A stretch of 57,915 nucleotides of DNA, filler included, from Squatina squatina (Eukaryota), in NCBI GenBank assembly GCA_031763465.1. It is 3 parts of 2 records of this genome, joined end to end, with 100 filler letters (N's around TTAATTAATTAA, not from the genome) between each part and the next. Parts side by side here need not be neighbours in the genome. Positions count along the whole stretch, not along the records: positions 1 to 16,780 come from JARFOE010000016.1; 2 more parts are not named here. One strand, 5' to 3'. Of the stretch, positions 1-11,690 are shown piece after piece. The translations under genes were made by a program, and so were the position numbers. Below the pieces are notes generated by a model, which worked only from the letters and a program-made list of their open reading frames with translations, had not been told where the DNA came from and did not search any database. How positions within the stretch are numbered: position 1 is the first letter of the stretch; the number at the start of each line of letters is the position of its first letter.

Positions 1-229
1 CTGCAAGTGAAAAGATGGTATGTCCGCATCATTGCAGTTACATATGCTGAAGGCATAGCTGCCCTGGAAGAATAGCACTCAATGTAGGCAAGGTGTCAAA
101 TGAGGATTAGTCATTACTGACTGATGGATGCTGCATGCACATTGGTTTGCAGACTGAATTAAAGAATCTTTACAGACAGATGAGGAAGAAATGGACAAGA
201 ACATCAATGCCGCTAACTTGACGACTCCA

Positions 230-739
230 GTGAGGTCATTGAACTTCTTGTGGCACTGGGTGGGGGGTTGCTGAACCACGTCGGCAGCAGACACATCAAT
301 CTATGTCATTCCAGAGTGCATGGAAATGGTGGGGTAATGGTCCCCTTCCGGAGGACAGGTACAACTGGCCCATCCGTGCCTCCACTGCACCCACGCACTG
401 AAGCAGCGAGATCATTGTGAGGACAAATACAACATTCCAAAAGTTGTTGCTGCAGAGAGCAGTCAAATCTCTGCAGAGAGCAACAGAAGGCAGAAGACAC
501 CTTCCCTTTAAAGGCTGGCCTGGAGTGGAAGCTGATAATCGCTGCGTGACAGTCACGTGAAATTCACAACTAACTAAGCAACAGCACCCCACGGAGACCA
601 TCAGTGCCTGCAACAGCACTGCGCCCCGTTTTATTTTTCAAAGTGCCAAACTTGCCAAATCTTTACTGCAGTTGGGCACTAATGGGGCGGCCATTTTAGG
701 TCTGGCACCGGCAACGCGGGGCAAGAGAATTTCGCCCCC
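230..739 (-). mobile_element. PIF/Harbinger remnant: degenerate Myb/SANT-like DNA-binding ORF plus element terminus
   Basis: Minus-strand translation across a frameshift gives VGAVEARMGQLY...LWNDID/VSAADVVQQPPTQCHKKFNDL, matching the W..IA..V.A...QCRKKFNDL pattern of Harbinger Myb-like proteins. The terminus GAATTTCGCCCCC ends at 739. Confidence 0.7.
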
Positions 740-2047
740 AAAGAGTTTATAGATGTAAGCATTTCTTTCTTTGTATCAGTTCCAGATCTCATTGTCTTTT
801 CATCCTTTCAGTTTCAACTCTCAATGCCCTCTCACTTGTCTTCTTCCTGGCTCTCATTCAGTCTCTTGTCATCATTACAGAAATGAATGACAATTGTTTT
901 CAATCAGATGCCTCTCCTGGGTGCAAAATCCTTGCAGGGCTTACTGACCTTTCTGATTAAATTCCCGATTGGGATGACTCTTACACAAAATATATCAAGG
1001 AGCTTGACTAGGTAGGACCACCTTCTTCTGAATCAACATTGACTTCCTATGAAACAATCAGAAGTGGGAATAATAGCCATTCTTTGCCTCTCTAGCATGA
1101 GGGTGCAGAGTGAAGTGTAGCATCCACACTTGCACCTCAACTGAGAGCAGCTCACACAGTGTAGACCCGGAAGGGGGAAGGGGGAAGGGATGCTCAGTTA
1201 ACCCGGAGACTATAAAGTTTAACGGCATGCCCCAGAGTGAACTTACCCAATTAACCACCTAGGGGAATTTTCTGACAGCATCCAACTCCACAAGTAACCG
1301 TTTGAAATGTTGACCTTTTGGAAAGACGATAAAATAAAAGTCAGGCAAACTGAAGGGTTTCCATTTGCTTGTTGAAAGTATTCTGGAATTATGCTGATTT
1401 GAATGGATTTTTTCCCAACAATTACAGCCACTGTCAGTCACACTATTCGGTTCAGTGATGGTCCTTTGATCTCTGGGAATGGATGACAAAGAGGGGGGAA
1501 TGATGTGGAATAACATTTTCTGTGTCTTTCCCTGCCTTCTGCTGAAGGTGTAATGTGTACTGTGTGTTGATACAGAGGGGTTACAGCTGTGAAAACACTG
1601 TCACAACAGATATGTCAACTCGTACATTCTGAATGCTGTAGATTTCCTTTCTCTGTACCTGAAGGGAGTAACCTGTCAGTTGGTATTGCATTGTAATGAC
1701 TCTGAAATGAGGAATAAGCCTGGATCAAGATAGTTAAAACCAATATAACCAGGATAAAAGGCAAGCTTTTACTTTAAAAGGTATATTCTGTTTTTTTTAA
1801 TTAAATGCTCCAAGGGGTACTCCCTTGCCTCTCTGTCCATACTCAATTTCCCAAATCTGTACTTGCAGGGCAATCTGGTTTAAATCACAAACAATTTTCT
1901 TTATGTGCTGTTATGTTGGGAAAAAGAAACACATTAGTTAAAATGTTTAGAATACTGTCGTCCAATAGAAATTCCTGACGAGCCACAGATGTGACTGCAG
2001 TAACACGGTTTTAGCCACATGCAACTAATTTTAGTTGAAAACAAAAT

Positions 2048-2186
2048 GGTACAATTTTAAAGTGGAGGGCAGGATCAGAGAGACCTGGGGATTCACATAC
2101 ACAAATCTTTGAAGGTGGCAGGAGAAGTTGATAAAGCTGTTTGAAGAAAAGCACATGGGATCCTTGGTTTTTATAATAGACACAAA
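2048..2186 (+). mobile_element. CR1 LINE ORF2 fragment (degenerate, post-RT region)
   Basis: Degenerate translation ..QRDLGIHIHKSLKVAGEVDKAV..AHGILGFI, typical of CR1 ORF2. Confidence 0.75.
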
Positions 2187-2866
2187 GGGGGAGAAATTCA
2201 GCTCCGGTTTCGCTCTGTGAAAAACCACAAAATGGCACTGGGAGGCGGCTCCCGGGGAATTCACGTAGGGCGCAAAGGCCTTCACACCTGGATTGGAGAA
2301 TTCCGCAGCGGGTCAACGCGTGATGCCACAAAGACGCGTGCTGATCCACACCGCGCAGCCGCTATCACCTTTGTGCCGCGCTTGTGTCCCGCAGGCGGAA
2401 TTCACCCGGCCTCACTCCCGGGCAGAACTGGGCCGCAGTGCAGGTCGGTTGCAGCGACAGTGAAACCCGTTGCTGCAATGGGTCTCTTAGAGGGGAGGGC
2501 CTGAGTGCTGGCGGCAGCCATCTTTAAATGTCGGATGACTGTGGTCAGCCGATTGATGGCCCACGGCCGGATCGGGCCATCATCCCCTCACCTGCCAAGC
2601 TGGTGACTCAGTTGTTGGCATCCCTGGTGGCCCCGTGGCAGGCCTCGGGGCCCCATCAGGATGGCCGGCGGCCCTCCTCTTTAAGGGAGGCCTGGCAGTG
2701 TATGTCAGCGCGCTACGCGTTGACGCGGCGCAAATGAAATTGCTGACATGACGCTGAGGTCCACCAGCGACGTTCAAGGCCAGCCGCCCCAGTTCCAGTC
2801 AGGAGAGCACTGCGGCTCGCTCCCACCCCGTAACAACTAATCCTGTGGCGGGTGGGACAGGGCAGG
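2187..2866. mobile_element. GC-rich Harbinger-type MITE (left part, runs into gap)
   Basis: Starts GGGGGAGAAATT; CpG-rich; shares GCGGCCCTC(C/T)CTTTAAGG and GC.GCCATCTTT with the reverse complement of 53213-53902. Confidence 0.65.
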
Positions 2867-3290
2867 NNNNNNNNNNNNNNNNNNNNNNNNNNNNNNNNNN
2901 NNNNNNNNNNNNNNNNNNNNNNNNNNNNNNNNNNNNNNNNNNNNNNNNNNNNNNNNNNNNNNNNNNNNNNNNNNNNNNNNNNNNNNNNNNNNNNNNNNNN
3001 NNNNNNNNNNNNNNNNNNNNNNNNNNNNNNNNNNNNNNNNNNNNNNNNNNNNNNNNNNNNNNNNNNNNNNNNNNNNNNNNNNNNNNNNNNNNNNNNNNNN
3101 NNNNNNNNNNNNNNNNNNNNNNNNNNNNNNNNNNNNNNNNNNNNNNNNNNNNNNNNNNNNNNNNNNNNNNNNNNNNNNNNNNNNNNNNNNNNNNNNNNNN
3201 NNNNNNNNNNNNNNNNNNNNNNNNNNNNNNNNNNNNNNNNNNNNNNNNNNNNNNNNNNNNNNNNNNNNNNNNNNNNNNNNNNNNNNNNNN

Positions 3291-3367
3291 CATGATCATA
3301 TTGAATGGTGGTGCAGGCTCGAAGGGCCGAATGGCCTACTCCTGCACCTATTTTTCTATGTTTCTAT
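3291..3367 (+). mobile_element. HER1 LINE / HE1 SINE-type 3' tail (elasmobranch CR1 family)
   Basis: GAATGGTGGTGCAGGCTCGAAGGGCCGAATGGCCTACTCCTGC..TTCTATGTTTCTAT; the same tail occurs on the - strand at 12191-12296. Confidence 0.8.
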
Positions 3368-3798
3368 CTGATGGAGGGTACAGCTTTACCCTCCTGCTCT
3401 CAACAGAGGCCACCAAGGTGTCAAGTGCCGCATCCATGAACCTCCGACTACTTCAACTGAGATGTGCCATTTCTGGTCATCAACTTTGCCTTCCAGTCAC
3501 CAAGAGGAATGAGCCCATTGAGCTGTGGAAGGCTGAACCCACAAGCTTTTAACAAAAAAAGTCAGTGGCAACGTAATTGATTAATTACATGGGTCACATG
3601 AAACTGGTTGGAGAATTTCCAAGAGCGCCCCTCCAGCGTCCCATAGCAGCTCTCAGCACTTGCCACAGCGCCATGCCTGCATTTCTCAAGAAAAATGTCA
3701 AATTCTGTGATTCCTGGGCGATGTGAACATCGGACGCTATTGGGGCACTATTTTGTGCAGCAGCGTAGGAGAGCGCAGCGCTTATGAATTTCAGGCCC
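3368..3798 (-). mobile_element. Harbinger remnant: N-terminus of Myb-like ORF and terminal inverted repeat
   Basis: From ATG at 3470 (-): MAHLS*SSRRFMDAALDTLVASVESRRVKLYPPSD (RF..AAL..LV..VE.RR..LYP motif). The end GAATTTCAGGCCC is followed by TTA. Confidence 0.7.
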
Positions 3799-4823
3799 TT
3801 ACTTTATTCATGAAAGTTCATAAGCAGTGGATAATCTACACATAAGAAGTGTTTGAACAGCAGTCTCTGCACCAAGAGGCAGCTCATTCCTCCGTCAAGC
3901 TTTTGTGTAATTCCTTGTCCTGTTTTGGGCAAAATTTATTTTGTGCAAAAGAAGGAGTGATCTCACGTGAAGCATTCTGCAGCACTGCTTGCTATGGATT
4001 AACAATGCATTGGAAGAGAGTGTCATGATGGAGAGGAACTGACTATAAGGGAGAACAGATAAAGAGATGGAAACTGAGAGACTCCATTTTATTAACTGCA
4101 GTCAATGTCCTATAACCAAGAGGATAAGATAAGGTCATAAATTAACTGAATAAAGATTAAGGGATGTATAATCCTGAGGATTTATTAATAGTTTTCAACT
4201 TGATATCTCTTATTTCATATGATATTTATGGAACATTAAAAAGAAAATCTAGCACTCCCCAATGTACATTATAAAAAGGATATCATTGTAAAAGTACTGT
4301 ATGACCCTTCTTAGAATCATATCATTACCTACAAGTGTCATTTTGGGTCTCCTCACCGCTACACTGCTAATGCGGGGAGAACCACTATTAACCCAGTGTG
4401 GCTCCATTGAAGGCCAAGACTTCAGACCAGCTACAAAGCCAGTTTGGAGCAGCCTGGTATCTCGCGTACCCAGCTGGCCTCATAGATTGCCAGAGTTGGA
4501 AGTCTTCACATCGACTTTCTCAGACCAGTCCCAAGTCACAGCTTGATATGTTTAGAACCATATCTACAGTCCTCACCACTTATCTTGTCCTTACTTATCC
4601 CAGACAGTTGCCAACATCAAGCACACAATGCTAACCATTTGTCATCACCATAGGCATCAAATACAAAAGTGCTGCTTAAAACATATTAAGTGTGTTGACT
4701 ATTTTGTGCGGTTCAATAAGCACTTATCCTGTACTTACCTATTTAGAAGCTCTGCTGATTTCAGGCAAAGTGAGGTCTTCAGGCAGTTTTAATCAGCTGG
4801 TTGAATCAGCCTGAAGTCTCGAC

Positions 4824-4933
4824 TTTCCAACTGCCTCCCGTAGTTGTTAACAGTGCGAACAGCTGGTTGAAGCTGCCTGAAGCCTCCATCAGCTGTTTGC
4901 ACTGTTAACAATTACAGATGGCAGTGGGGAAAG
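4824..4933. repeat. Long imperfect inverted repeat (hairpin, ~50-bp arms)
   Basis: TTTCCAACTGCCTCCCGTAGTTGTTAACAGTGCGAACAGCTGGTTGAAGCT pairs with AGCCTCCATCAGCTGTTTGCACTGTTAACAATTACAGATGGCAGTGGGGAAA; short loop. Confidence 0.85.
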
Positions 4934-6379
4934 CCTTCAAGCAGCTTCAGGAGTTATTTCATGCTGCGTCCTATTATGATTTTACCGTCTACCATGTATA
5001 GCGGACAAACCACGTTAGCATGGACTCGCCCGCCCTGTGCGATGGGGAATGAAAATTAAAAATGCATTTTTTATTTACACATTGTGGCTCGTGGTTAACA
5101 TATTGGACAGCACTGGTTTAGCAAGTTAATAACACTTGATGAGGTTTTATGGACAGGTCAAACATTTTTAGCAAGCTGCAGTCCAGTGAATATTGTCAGA
5201 CTCTTAGTGGAGGTGATGGTGATATGAATAGTGTCTGCACAAATCATATTAGTGTTTTGTAATTTGCAGAGAAAAGCCCTCATGGAAAAGAAAACAGCTC
5301 CAGGATGATGACAACAATGCATCGGCTCCTCTACTGTGAAAGTGAGATGGATGCATTTACCCCTACCTGAGCTACCCTTGATCTCACAGCAAGATGCACC
5401 TTCAAGTCGTTCCATCTGCTACCCCTATTACTGTGAAGCTCTGACACTCCAAACCAGACCACACTCCATCCTTTTACTTACTATCTATTTCGATAAGCTC
5501 AACTCATTTGAAATGTCATATAATGTGTTTTTATGGGAACAACTGAGAAGAATCCACACAGCTTGATGCACTTAATAAACACAGAACACATGAACTTGGG
5601 GATTCAGTGAGAAGAGCAAAGCGTGGGGTTAAAGTTCACATCTGCTACATAAACTAGAAACAACCCATGGAGAACTCCTCTGAGACAAATGAAATCTTAA
5701 AGAAATAGAAAATGCACGTGCTGTACCAGACTGCTGGAAAATTACAGCAGGATTGCAGTTTGTCCATTGTATCATCAGGGGACTCATCAAGCACAATATT
5801 TCCTTTTATGAGTTTTTAAAAAAATGTTAATTTTCTGTTCATCAAGATGAGGGGTGGTAATGCTGGGGAATGAAATACCTTCCAGTTTGGACACCCAGTG
5901 TCAGCACCAAGCATTCCCAGGTCAGCGAAAGATCCATTTACTTTGTGCCAACAATCCATCTCACCCGGACCTCGGAGGAGCACCCCTACTGCACCAGTGT
6001 GACACTTTTCCATTTTTCACACTAGCCATCCTGTGGCCTTTGTAAGTGGTTTTCCTGGGCGTACCGAAAACACACCTCATACTACAAGTTCTGGACGATA
6101 GGGATTATAAGGACAGATCAGACTCGGACACACTTTTTTGGGCTCAACTGTATTGTGTTTAATGAGGTTAACAATAGCACTCGTAAACAGTACAAGACAG
6201 TACACCCCTGGCTTGTCCAACAAGCCCTACCGTGCTAAATTACCATGGCCTAATAAAAGAACCCTCCGTGAAATAAACANNNNNNNNNNNNNNNNNNNNN
6301 NNNNNNNNNNNNNNNNNNNNNNNNNNNNNNNNNNNNNNNNNNNNNNNNNNNNNNNNNNNNNNNNNNNNNNNNNNNNNNN

Positions 6380-6639
6380 CTCAGCTTCCGATGTTTAGTG
6401 CCTTCAACAAGATGGCGGCCAGAGCCGTCAGATAAGTGGAATGCCAAATTTTCTCGGCGTTGCATTTGGGAGGACTATTAAGGTGCAAAGTTTGGGGAAT
6501 TTATCAATGGAGCACCAACGAGGTGCCGCGTGAACTGATGTCATAATCGGAGGCGCAAAAACGATCTTGCCTAGCCGCTGAGGCGTTAAAGTTTAAATAG
6601 GCGTTAACCGAATTTTGCACCCTGCCGAATTTCAGGCCC
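6380..6639. mobile_element. Harbinger-type MITE, right end
   Basis: CpG-rich; ends GAATTTCAGGCCC, identical to the terminus at 3786-3798. Confidence 0.65.
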
Positions 6640-8495
6640 TAGTACACCAATTTAGTTAATTTTGCACCACCACACTGCCATACAGTCTTAACTTCCCTTC
6701 TCCTATATTCTTCATTCAATCTGTCATTAGAATCAGAAAAAAGTATACTTTGAAAGCAAGAAACTAGAAAAGGTGAGAACTGTTTTATTAATACTTGGAT
6801 CAAGACTGTTCTGCTTAATAATCAGTAACAAATCTACATTTGTGCAAACACTGAGATCACTTATTGTGTGTCAGTGATACTTTTACATCAAATATAACAA
6901 TTCAGTACATCAATGAAAATTTTAACACAAATGCACAGCTAACCTTTAAATAATATCCTTGTTTCGAAGGATTTTTTTTTNNNNNNNNNNNNNNNNNNNN
7001 NNNNNNNNNNNNNNNNNNNNNNNNNNNNNNNNNNNNNNNNNNNNNNNNNNNNNNNNNNNNNNGTGATTTATGCCATTGTATCATGTGCTTGTAAATAAAT
7101 GAAAAAAAACAGTTTGCTAACCATTTTCTTAAAGGCAAAATGTGATTAAACTAAGAGGAATAAACTCCTCTCAACTTAACTGAATAAGCCCCGAGTAATC
7201 ACTGCGGTATAGCCCCTTCTGCAAGTCACTGAATTTAATCAGTGTATTATACACCCTCGCCACAGAAATTGATAAATTTCATGATTAATCACAGCAGGAG
7301 AATTGCTCCCATGAGTTACTGTGCTCCAGGATTAATGACTGCAATTTAAGATAGAAAGTTGCCAAGCTCCAGGAGAAAACACTCATGTATAAACTGCAGC
7401 ATTTTCTATCTAAACTATAAATTGTTAAACAAATAAAACATCTAGACTAGCTAAATCTGTCTGGCCAAGCAAAGACATAAGAAATTTAAAGCATTCCAAG
7501 CGCACAGATGAAAAGTGGTCATGACAGGAAGTAGTCTACTTAATCTAGTCTAAAGCAATCACAGACAGAGTCACCTGAAACTGCAATGGATTCAAGTTAA
7601 CTGACGGTATTTGGGGACAGAGAGCGCCAGCAGGCACAATAATAGGTTTGAATTAAATTACTTAACATGGTCGTTAACAATTTCACTTAAGGGTATTAAT
7701 GAAGTCTTTAATGACAGAGCCTTTGCCTGTGGTAGGAGTGTTCTAGCCAGGCCATTTTTTCACTCATAGACTTCAGCAACCTCTTCCAGTTCTACAGTGC
7801 AGAGTTACATAGAGAATGACAGATAGTTAATATGGTATTGGGTACAGAATTGCAGAAGGATGAAAATTTAGTGTACCCAAGGAGTTCAGAATATGTGATG
7901 AACTATAAGAAAGAAGCTGAAATGATTTACATGGTAGGCTTTTGGCCATCTTTTATATTTTTATGATATGCTGTTTGTGTCTTTTCCTCCAATTTAAAGT
8001 GTTTCTGAGCTTTACTACTTACTTACACAATAGCCATTTCAATCACGACAAGAGATTGGAAAATAAATCTATGCATTTACTATGCAATTTGCTTTTAGTA
8101 AGAGAAGTCAGTTCTAGGGAATAGGATATTTTTCCTGTTTTAAACCAAATTTCTGCATTAAGTACTCCAATGGTCGGTACAGTATAGACTAGGCAGAGTA
8201 AAGCTTCTTTTACCAATAATATGCTTCCTCCCAGTCTCAGCATATCATGAACCATTGCTCTGGTATAATTTGTTCTGTTTTCCACACCAGCTACTGTTGC
8301 TCTGAGTGAGATTGCCAACTTACTGATAATTGTAACAAAGCTTTGGCTAGTTTTGTGCTGTGCGACCCATGCCTGCTTCATCCTGTTCCCATCTAATTTC
8401 ACTTAGGACTCTTCCAAGAGTGTTAACTAAAAACAAAAAGTTGGTTTAAAATGCCCAAATAATATAATGCAACTGTGAGAGCCAAACAACATGCA

Positions 8496-8501
8496 TTTAT
8501 T
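8496..8501 (-). terminator. Candidate polyadenylation signal AATAAA for CCDC3
   Basis: TTTATT on + strand, about 130 bp past the stop codon; motif only. Confidence 0.3.
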
Positions 8502-8631
8502 CTACTTCACTGCACTATAGGACAGATAGCTGCTAGACTGTAGGCAGTTTCCATGTGTGTTGTGTTCCCACTTGGTAAGGGAAGCATTACATCTCTGATT
8601 TACAGACTATCACAACTAGTGAGTTGCAACC

Positions 8632-8925
8632 TTACAATTTATGGCTGACTGGTTTCTTGACTGGTTTCTTGAGGATCTGCTTGCCAGTGTCCTGTTTGGC
8701 ATTCAACTTCCCTCTCTCCTTGTTTTGTTCCTTCTGCAAGAGCTGCTTCATGAGTATCGCCTCTCTCTTGCTCTCTTTTTTCACCTGCCGAAGGGAGCGT
8801 TTAATCCTCTTCACCTTCTCACGCAGGTGGTTGTTGGCCTTTTCAAGAGATCTCACTTTCTGGGAGAGCTTCCGCACACGATCTTCCTCCTCATAAAGCG
8901 CCTTCTGCACGGTTGAGCACAGGAG
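8632..8925 (-). CDS. CCDC3: CCDC3-family protein, last coding exon (coiled coil)
   Basis: After acceptor TTCAG: LLCSTVQKALYEEEDRVRKLSQKVRSLEKANNHLREKVKRIKRSLRQ..., resembling human LMCSSVQKALFEEEDHVKKLQQKV; stop TAA at 8634-8632. Ortholog vs paralog is unresolved. Confidence 0.88.
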   Translation of the reverse strand, partial: LLCSTVQKALYEEEDRVRKLSQKVRSLEKANNHLREKVKRIKRSLRQVKKESKREAILMKQLLQKEQNKERGKLNAKQDTGKQILKKPVKKPVSHKL

Positions 8926-9851
8926 CTGAAGGAGACATTGAAGGCAGAGAATACAGGACATCAAGATAGTGCAACAGCTTTTTGTTTTTTTACAGCTGGT
9001 GTAATAAGATACCAAAGTAAGATGTCTATAAAGTAGCTATCTATTCGATATAAAAATGGTAAGAATCATAATACTAGATTTAACATTGGCAGTAACCCTT
9101 TAAAATAAATAGGTTACCGCTGGTCTTACAACATCACCAATTGAAACTTTTTGGCAATACTGTCTATAACCACTTGTATTTTCTTTTTGGTCAGCCAGGT
9201 GTTTGACTTGTGCGGATACCCATCACATGTTTAAGAGTCTCCAAACCAAGCTACTGAGAAATCTATAGATGCAGAATTTCTGCTTGGCCAATACAAAATG
9301 CACACTCCCTCCCTAAACGGACACATCCAATTTACCCAAGTCCAAAGAGCTTAGTGCATGTTAGGAGATCCAAGGCGTAGAAACCCCCAAGAGTGTGCAG
9401 GGGTAATGCTAGATTTTAACCAGCTAATACTGCACAGCTTACTGGGATACTGGTAAGCTTCCTACTGCTCGTCGAGCTAGGATCACCATATCCTATTGAA
9501 CATTGGCTGGCAGTGTTATCTGGAGCCAAATGGGAAGAATCTCAGGCCCCAGTGATAGGTCTACGCCACCAGGTTCCATTCATGAGCCAGGCTGGCTGGT
9601 CAATCATTAACGGTGCCTGGAGCTTTGCAGACCTGCATGCTTCAGATATTGGATTACTGACTCGAAGACAGATGATTGACAGTTCCAAACTACCATCACC
9701 AGGTATATCCTTTCACAGCGCTCTCAACTCCAAAGAGACTCAGCTTGCATATCTACTTATATGAATAATATTGACCAATAAAAAAGATAAAGATTTCTTA
9801 TCCAATTTATGTATCACCTTCCACTAACATTACAGGGGCAGAGTATGCGGG

Positions 9852-9940
9852 ATGGAATGTATGCGGGATGGTTTTCTAAACCAACATGTCGAGGAACCAA
9901 CGAGAGAGCAGGCCATTCTAGACTGGGTATTGAGTAATGA
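9852..9940 (+). mobile_element. CR1 LINE endonuclease fragment
   Basis: ECMRDGFLNQHVEEPTREQAILDWVLSNE, the CR1 APE-domain Q.V..PTR..AILD motif. Confidence 0.85.
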
Positions 9941-10671
9941 NNNNNNNNNNNNNNNNNNNNNNNNNNNNNNNNNNNNNNNNNNNNNNNNNNNNNNNNNNNN
10001 NNNNNNNNNNNNNNNNNNNNNNNNNNNNNNNNNNNNNNNNGCTTAGAACCTAGGGCCAAGGCCACTGTAGGCAACTGTAACTGTAACTTTCCTCCCCAAA
10101 CATCCTATTCCCAGTTATGTAAATTACACAATATTTTTTTCCCTCTGCCTTATTCTACAAATATTAGGGATTTAATTGCTTAGCTTTCTGCTGGTTAGTC
10201 GTTCCTCATTGGTACTTTTTAACCAATTTTTAATTTAACATTTAGTCAATTGGACGCTTGCTAACTTCACCAATAACTGGTTGAGCCAATCATGATTTTG
10301 TACTCTCAGACATATAACATTTTGGAGTTGTGGTGTGACACATGTGGCAAAACACAAGGGCCTAGGAATTGGAACACGTCTGAATCGGGTTCTGGGAGGT
10401 GATAGAGGGACTCCTGCTCCGCCCAGCTCCACAGTAAGTTAAGTAAAACAACCTTTCGGGTGGCTGCCTCCAGTGAAATTGCATATGTAATGGGCCTAAC
10501 ACCAGTTTCAGGCGCACATCCTAGACACCTACTGAGCAGCCCTAACCAATATGGCAGATGGCGCATATGGCACAAAATGAGCACACGCATGATGCTTGTA
10601 AAAGGGGCGCAACGAGAGCCAATTTCTAGGCCTAGACTTTTAATTATATAGGTTATTCAATAAAGCCCTAC

Positions 10672-10846
10672 CCGATTATCCTCTTGCAGTTCCCACTCAG
10701 GTGTGTAGGTATGATGATGGGTGCCACCGGTGCAGTTAGAGAACTGGAAGAGACTCGCAAACATCCGCTTGTTCTCGGTAGTGTCTGGGAAAATTGGATC
10801 CTGGAAATTGATTCCGTGCGGCACAATATTGTAATTCTCATCCAGC
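10672..10846 (-). CDS. CCDC3: CCDC3-family protein, exon 2 (175 bp)
   Basis: AG|G-LDENYNIVPHGINFQDPIFPDTTENKRMFASLFQFSNCTGGTHHHTYTPEWELQEDNR|GT; resembles human RMDENYNLLPHGVNFQDAIFPDTQENRRMFSSLFQFSNC and joins exon 3 in phase 0. Confidence 0.92.
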
Positions 10847-11690
10847 CTGCAATAGAATGAAATGTCATAATCTTCTTACACAAGAAATTCGCAAGGAAGC
10901 TCCCTACGCCCCATCCCTTGCCATGTATTAAAGCACTGGAGTTGGACAGAGCACTGCTATTCCATGCGAGAACCTCATAGAGACCCTATATTTAACTCCT
11001 GGTTCCCTTCAACATGTGCGAGACTTTGACAGGATAGCAATAATGAGAGCAAAGCAAGCTCTTCTCTTGCATGCTTTCTTTTTCATTTCTCTCCCCCATC
11101 TTTTCCCTTTGCTTCTTGTTCTGCTGTCTTTCAAAGATTATAATGTTAGGCCTAAAATATTATAAATAAAGTTGAAAGTACTGAACTACATACTTTTCTC
11201 ATTTTAAGGTGCTCTATTCATCAATACTGCAAATATCACCAAATTATATCCTTTAATTCTCCTGATATTTTTCCCTAATTATTGCCTTAGTATCTCTTAC
11301 TTTTCTTTCATTTATTTTTCTAATGTTCTTTCTTCTCCATAGCCTTATACAGATTGAAATGTTAGTTTCTCCCTTGCCATGACTCCAAACTGCCTATTTA
11401 ATCACTTGGGTACTTGATGTGGTGATGTGCATCATAGCAGCAATGTACAGTACCACAGAGTGACTGAGCACATGTTGCCACTCTCAGCCACACTGTTAGG
11501 CAGTGACAGCTGCTCTGAGAGGAGGCCAGGTACTTTCCAACAATGTTGCTGAAAAAAAGTTAGAAAGAGATATTTTACAAGTCTGCTGCCTTATACCTCC
11601 AATCTGTTGGTTCAAGAGTGGCTTGGGTGGAGGCCTGGAGCAGGATATTACAACAACAGCTTATATTTATATAGAGCCTTTAACGTGATA

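Larger units (their letters stand above)
1953..5115. mobile_element. hAT-Charlie (MER3/MER33-like) element ends enclosing nested insertions
   Basis: Left end TACTGTCGTCCAATAGAAAT..GAGCCACA; right end TGTGGCTCG..ATATTGGACAGCACTG. Flanking 8-mers GTTTAGAA (1945-1952) and GTTTAGCA (5116-5123) match at 7/8. Confidence 0.6.

Noticed and set aside
2187-2866. CpG island / promoter interpretation of GC-rich blocks (also 37085-37562, 53213-53902) and their ORFs
   Set aside because: They are bounded by transposon-like termini and share internal motifs; better explained as MITEs.
2799-3552. Long ORFs dominated by X residues (also 51790-52578 and most gap-spanning ORFs)
   Set aside because: They are open only because N runs contain no stop codons.
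8926-9015. Cys-rich N-terminal part of the 127-aa ORF
   Set aside because: It lies upstream of the splice acceptor at 8927-8926, so it is translated intron.
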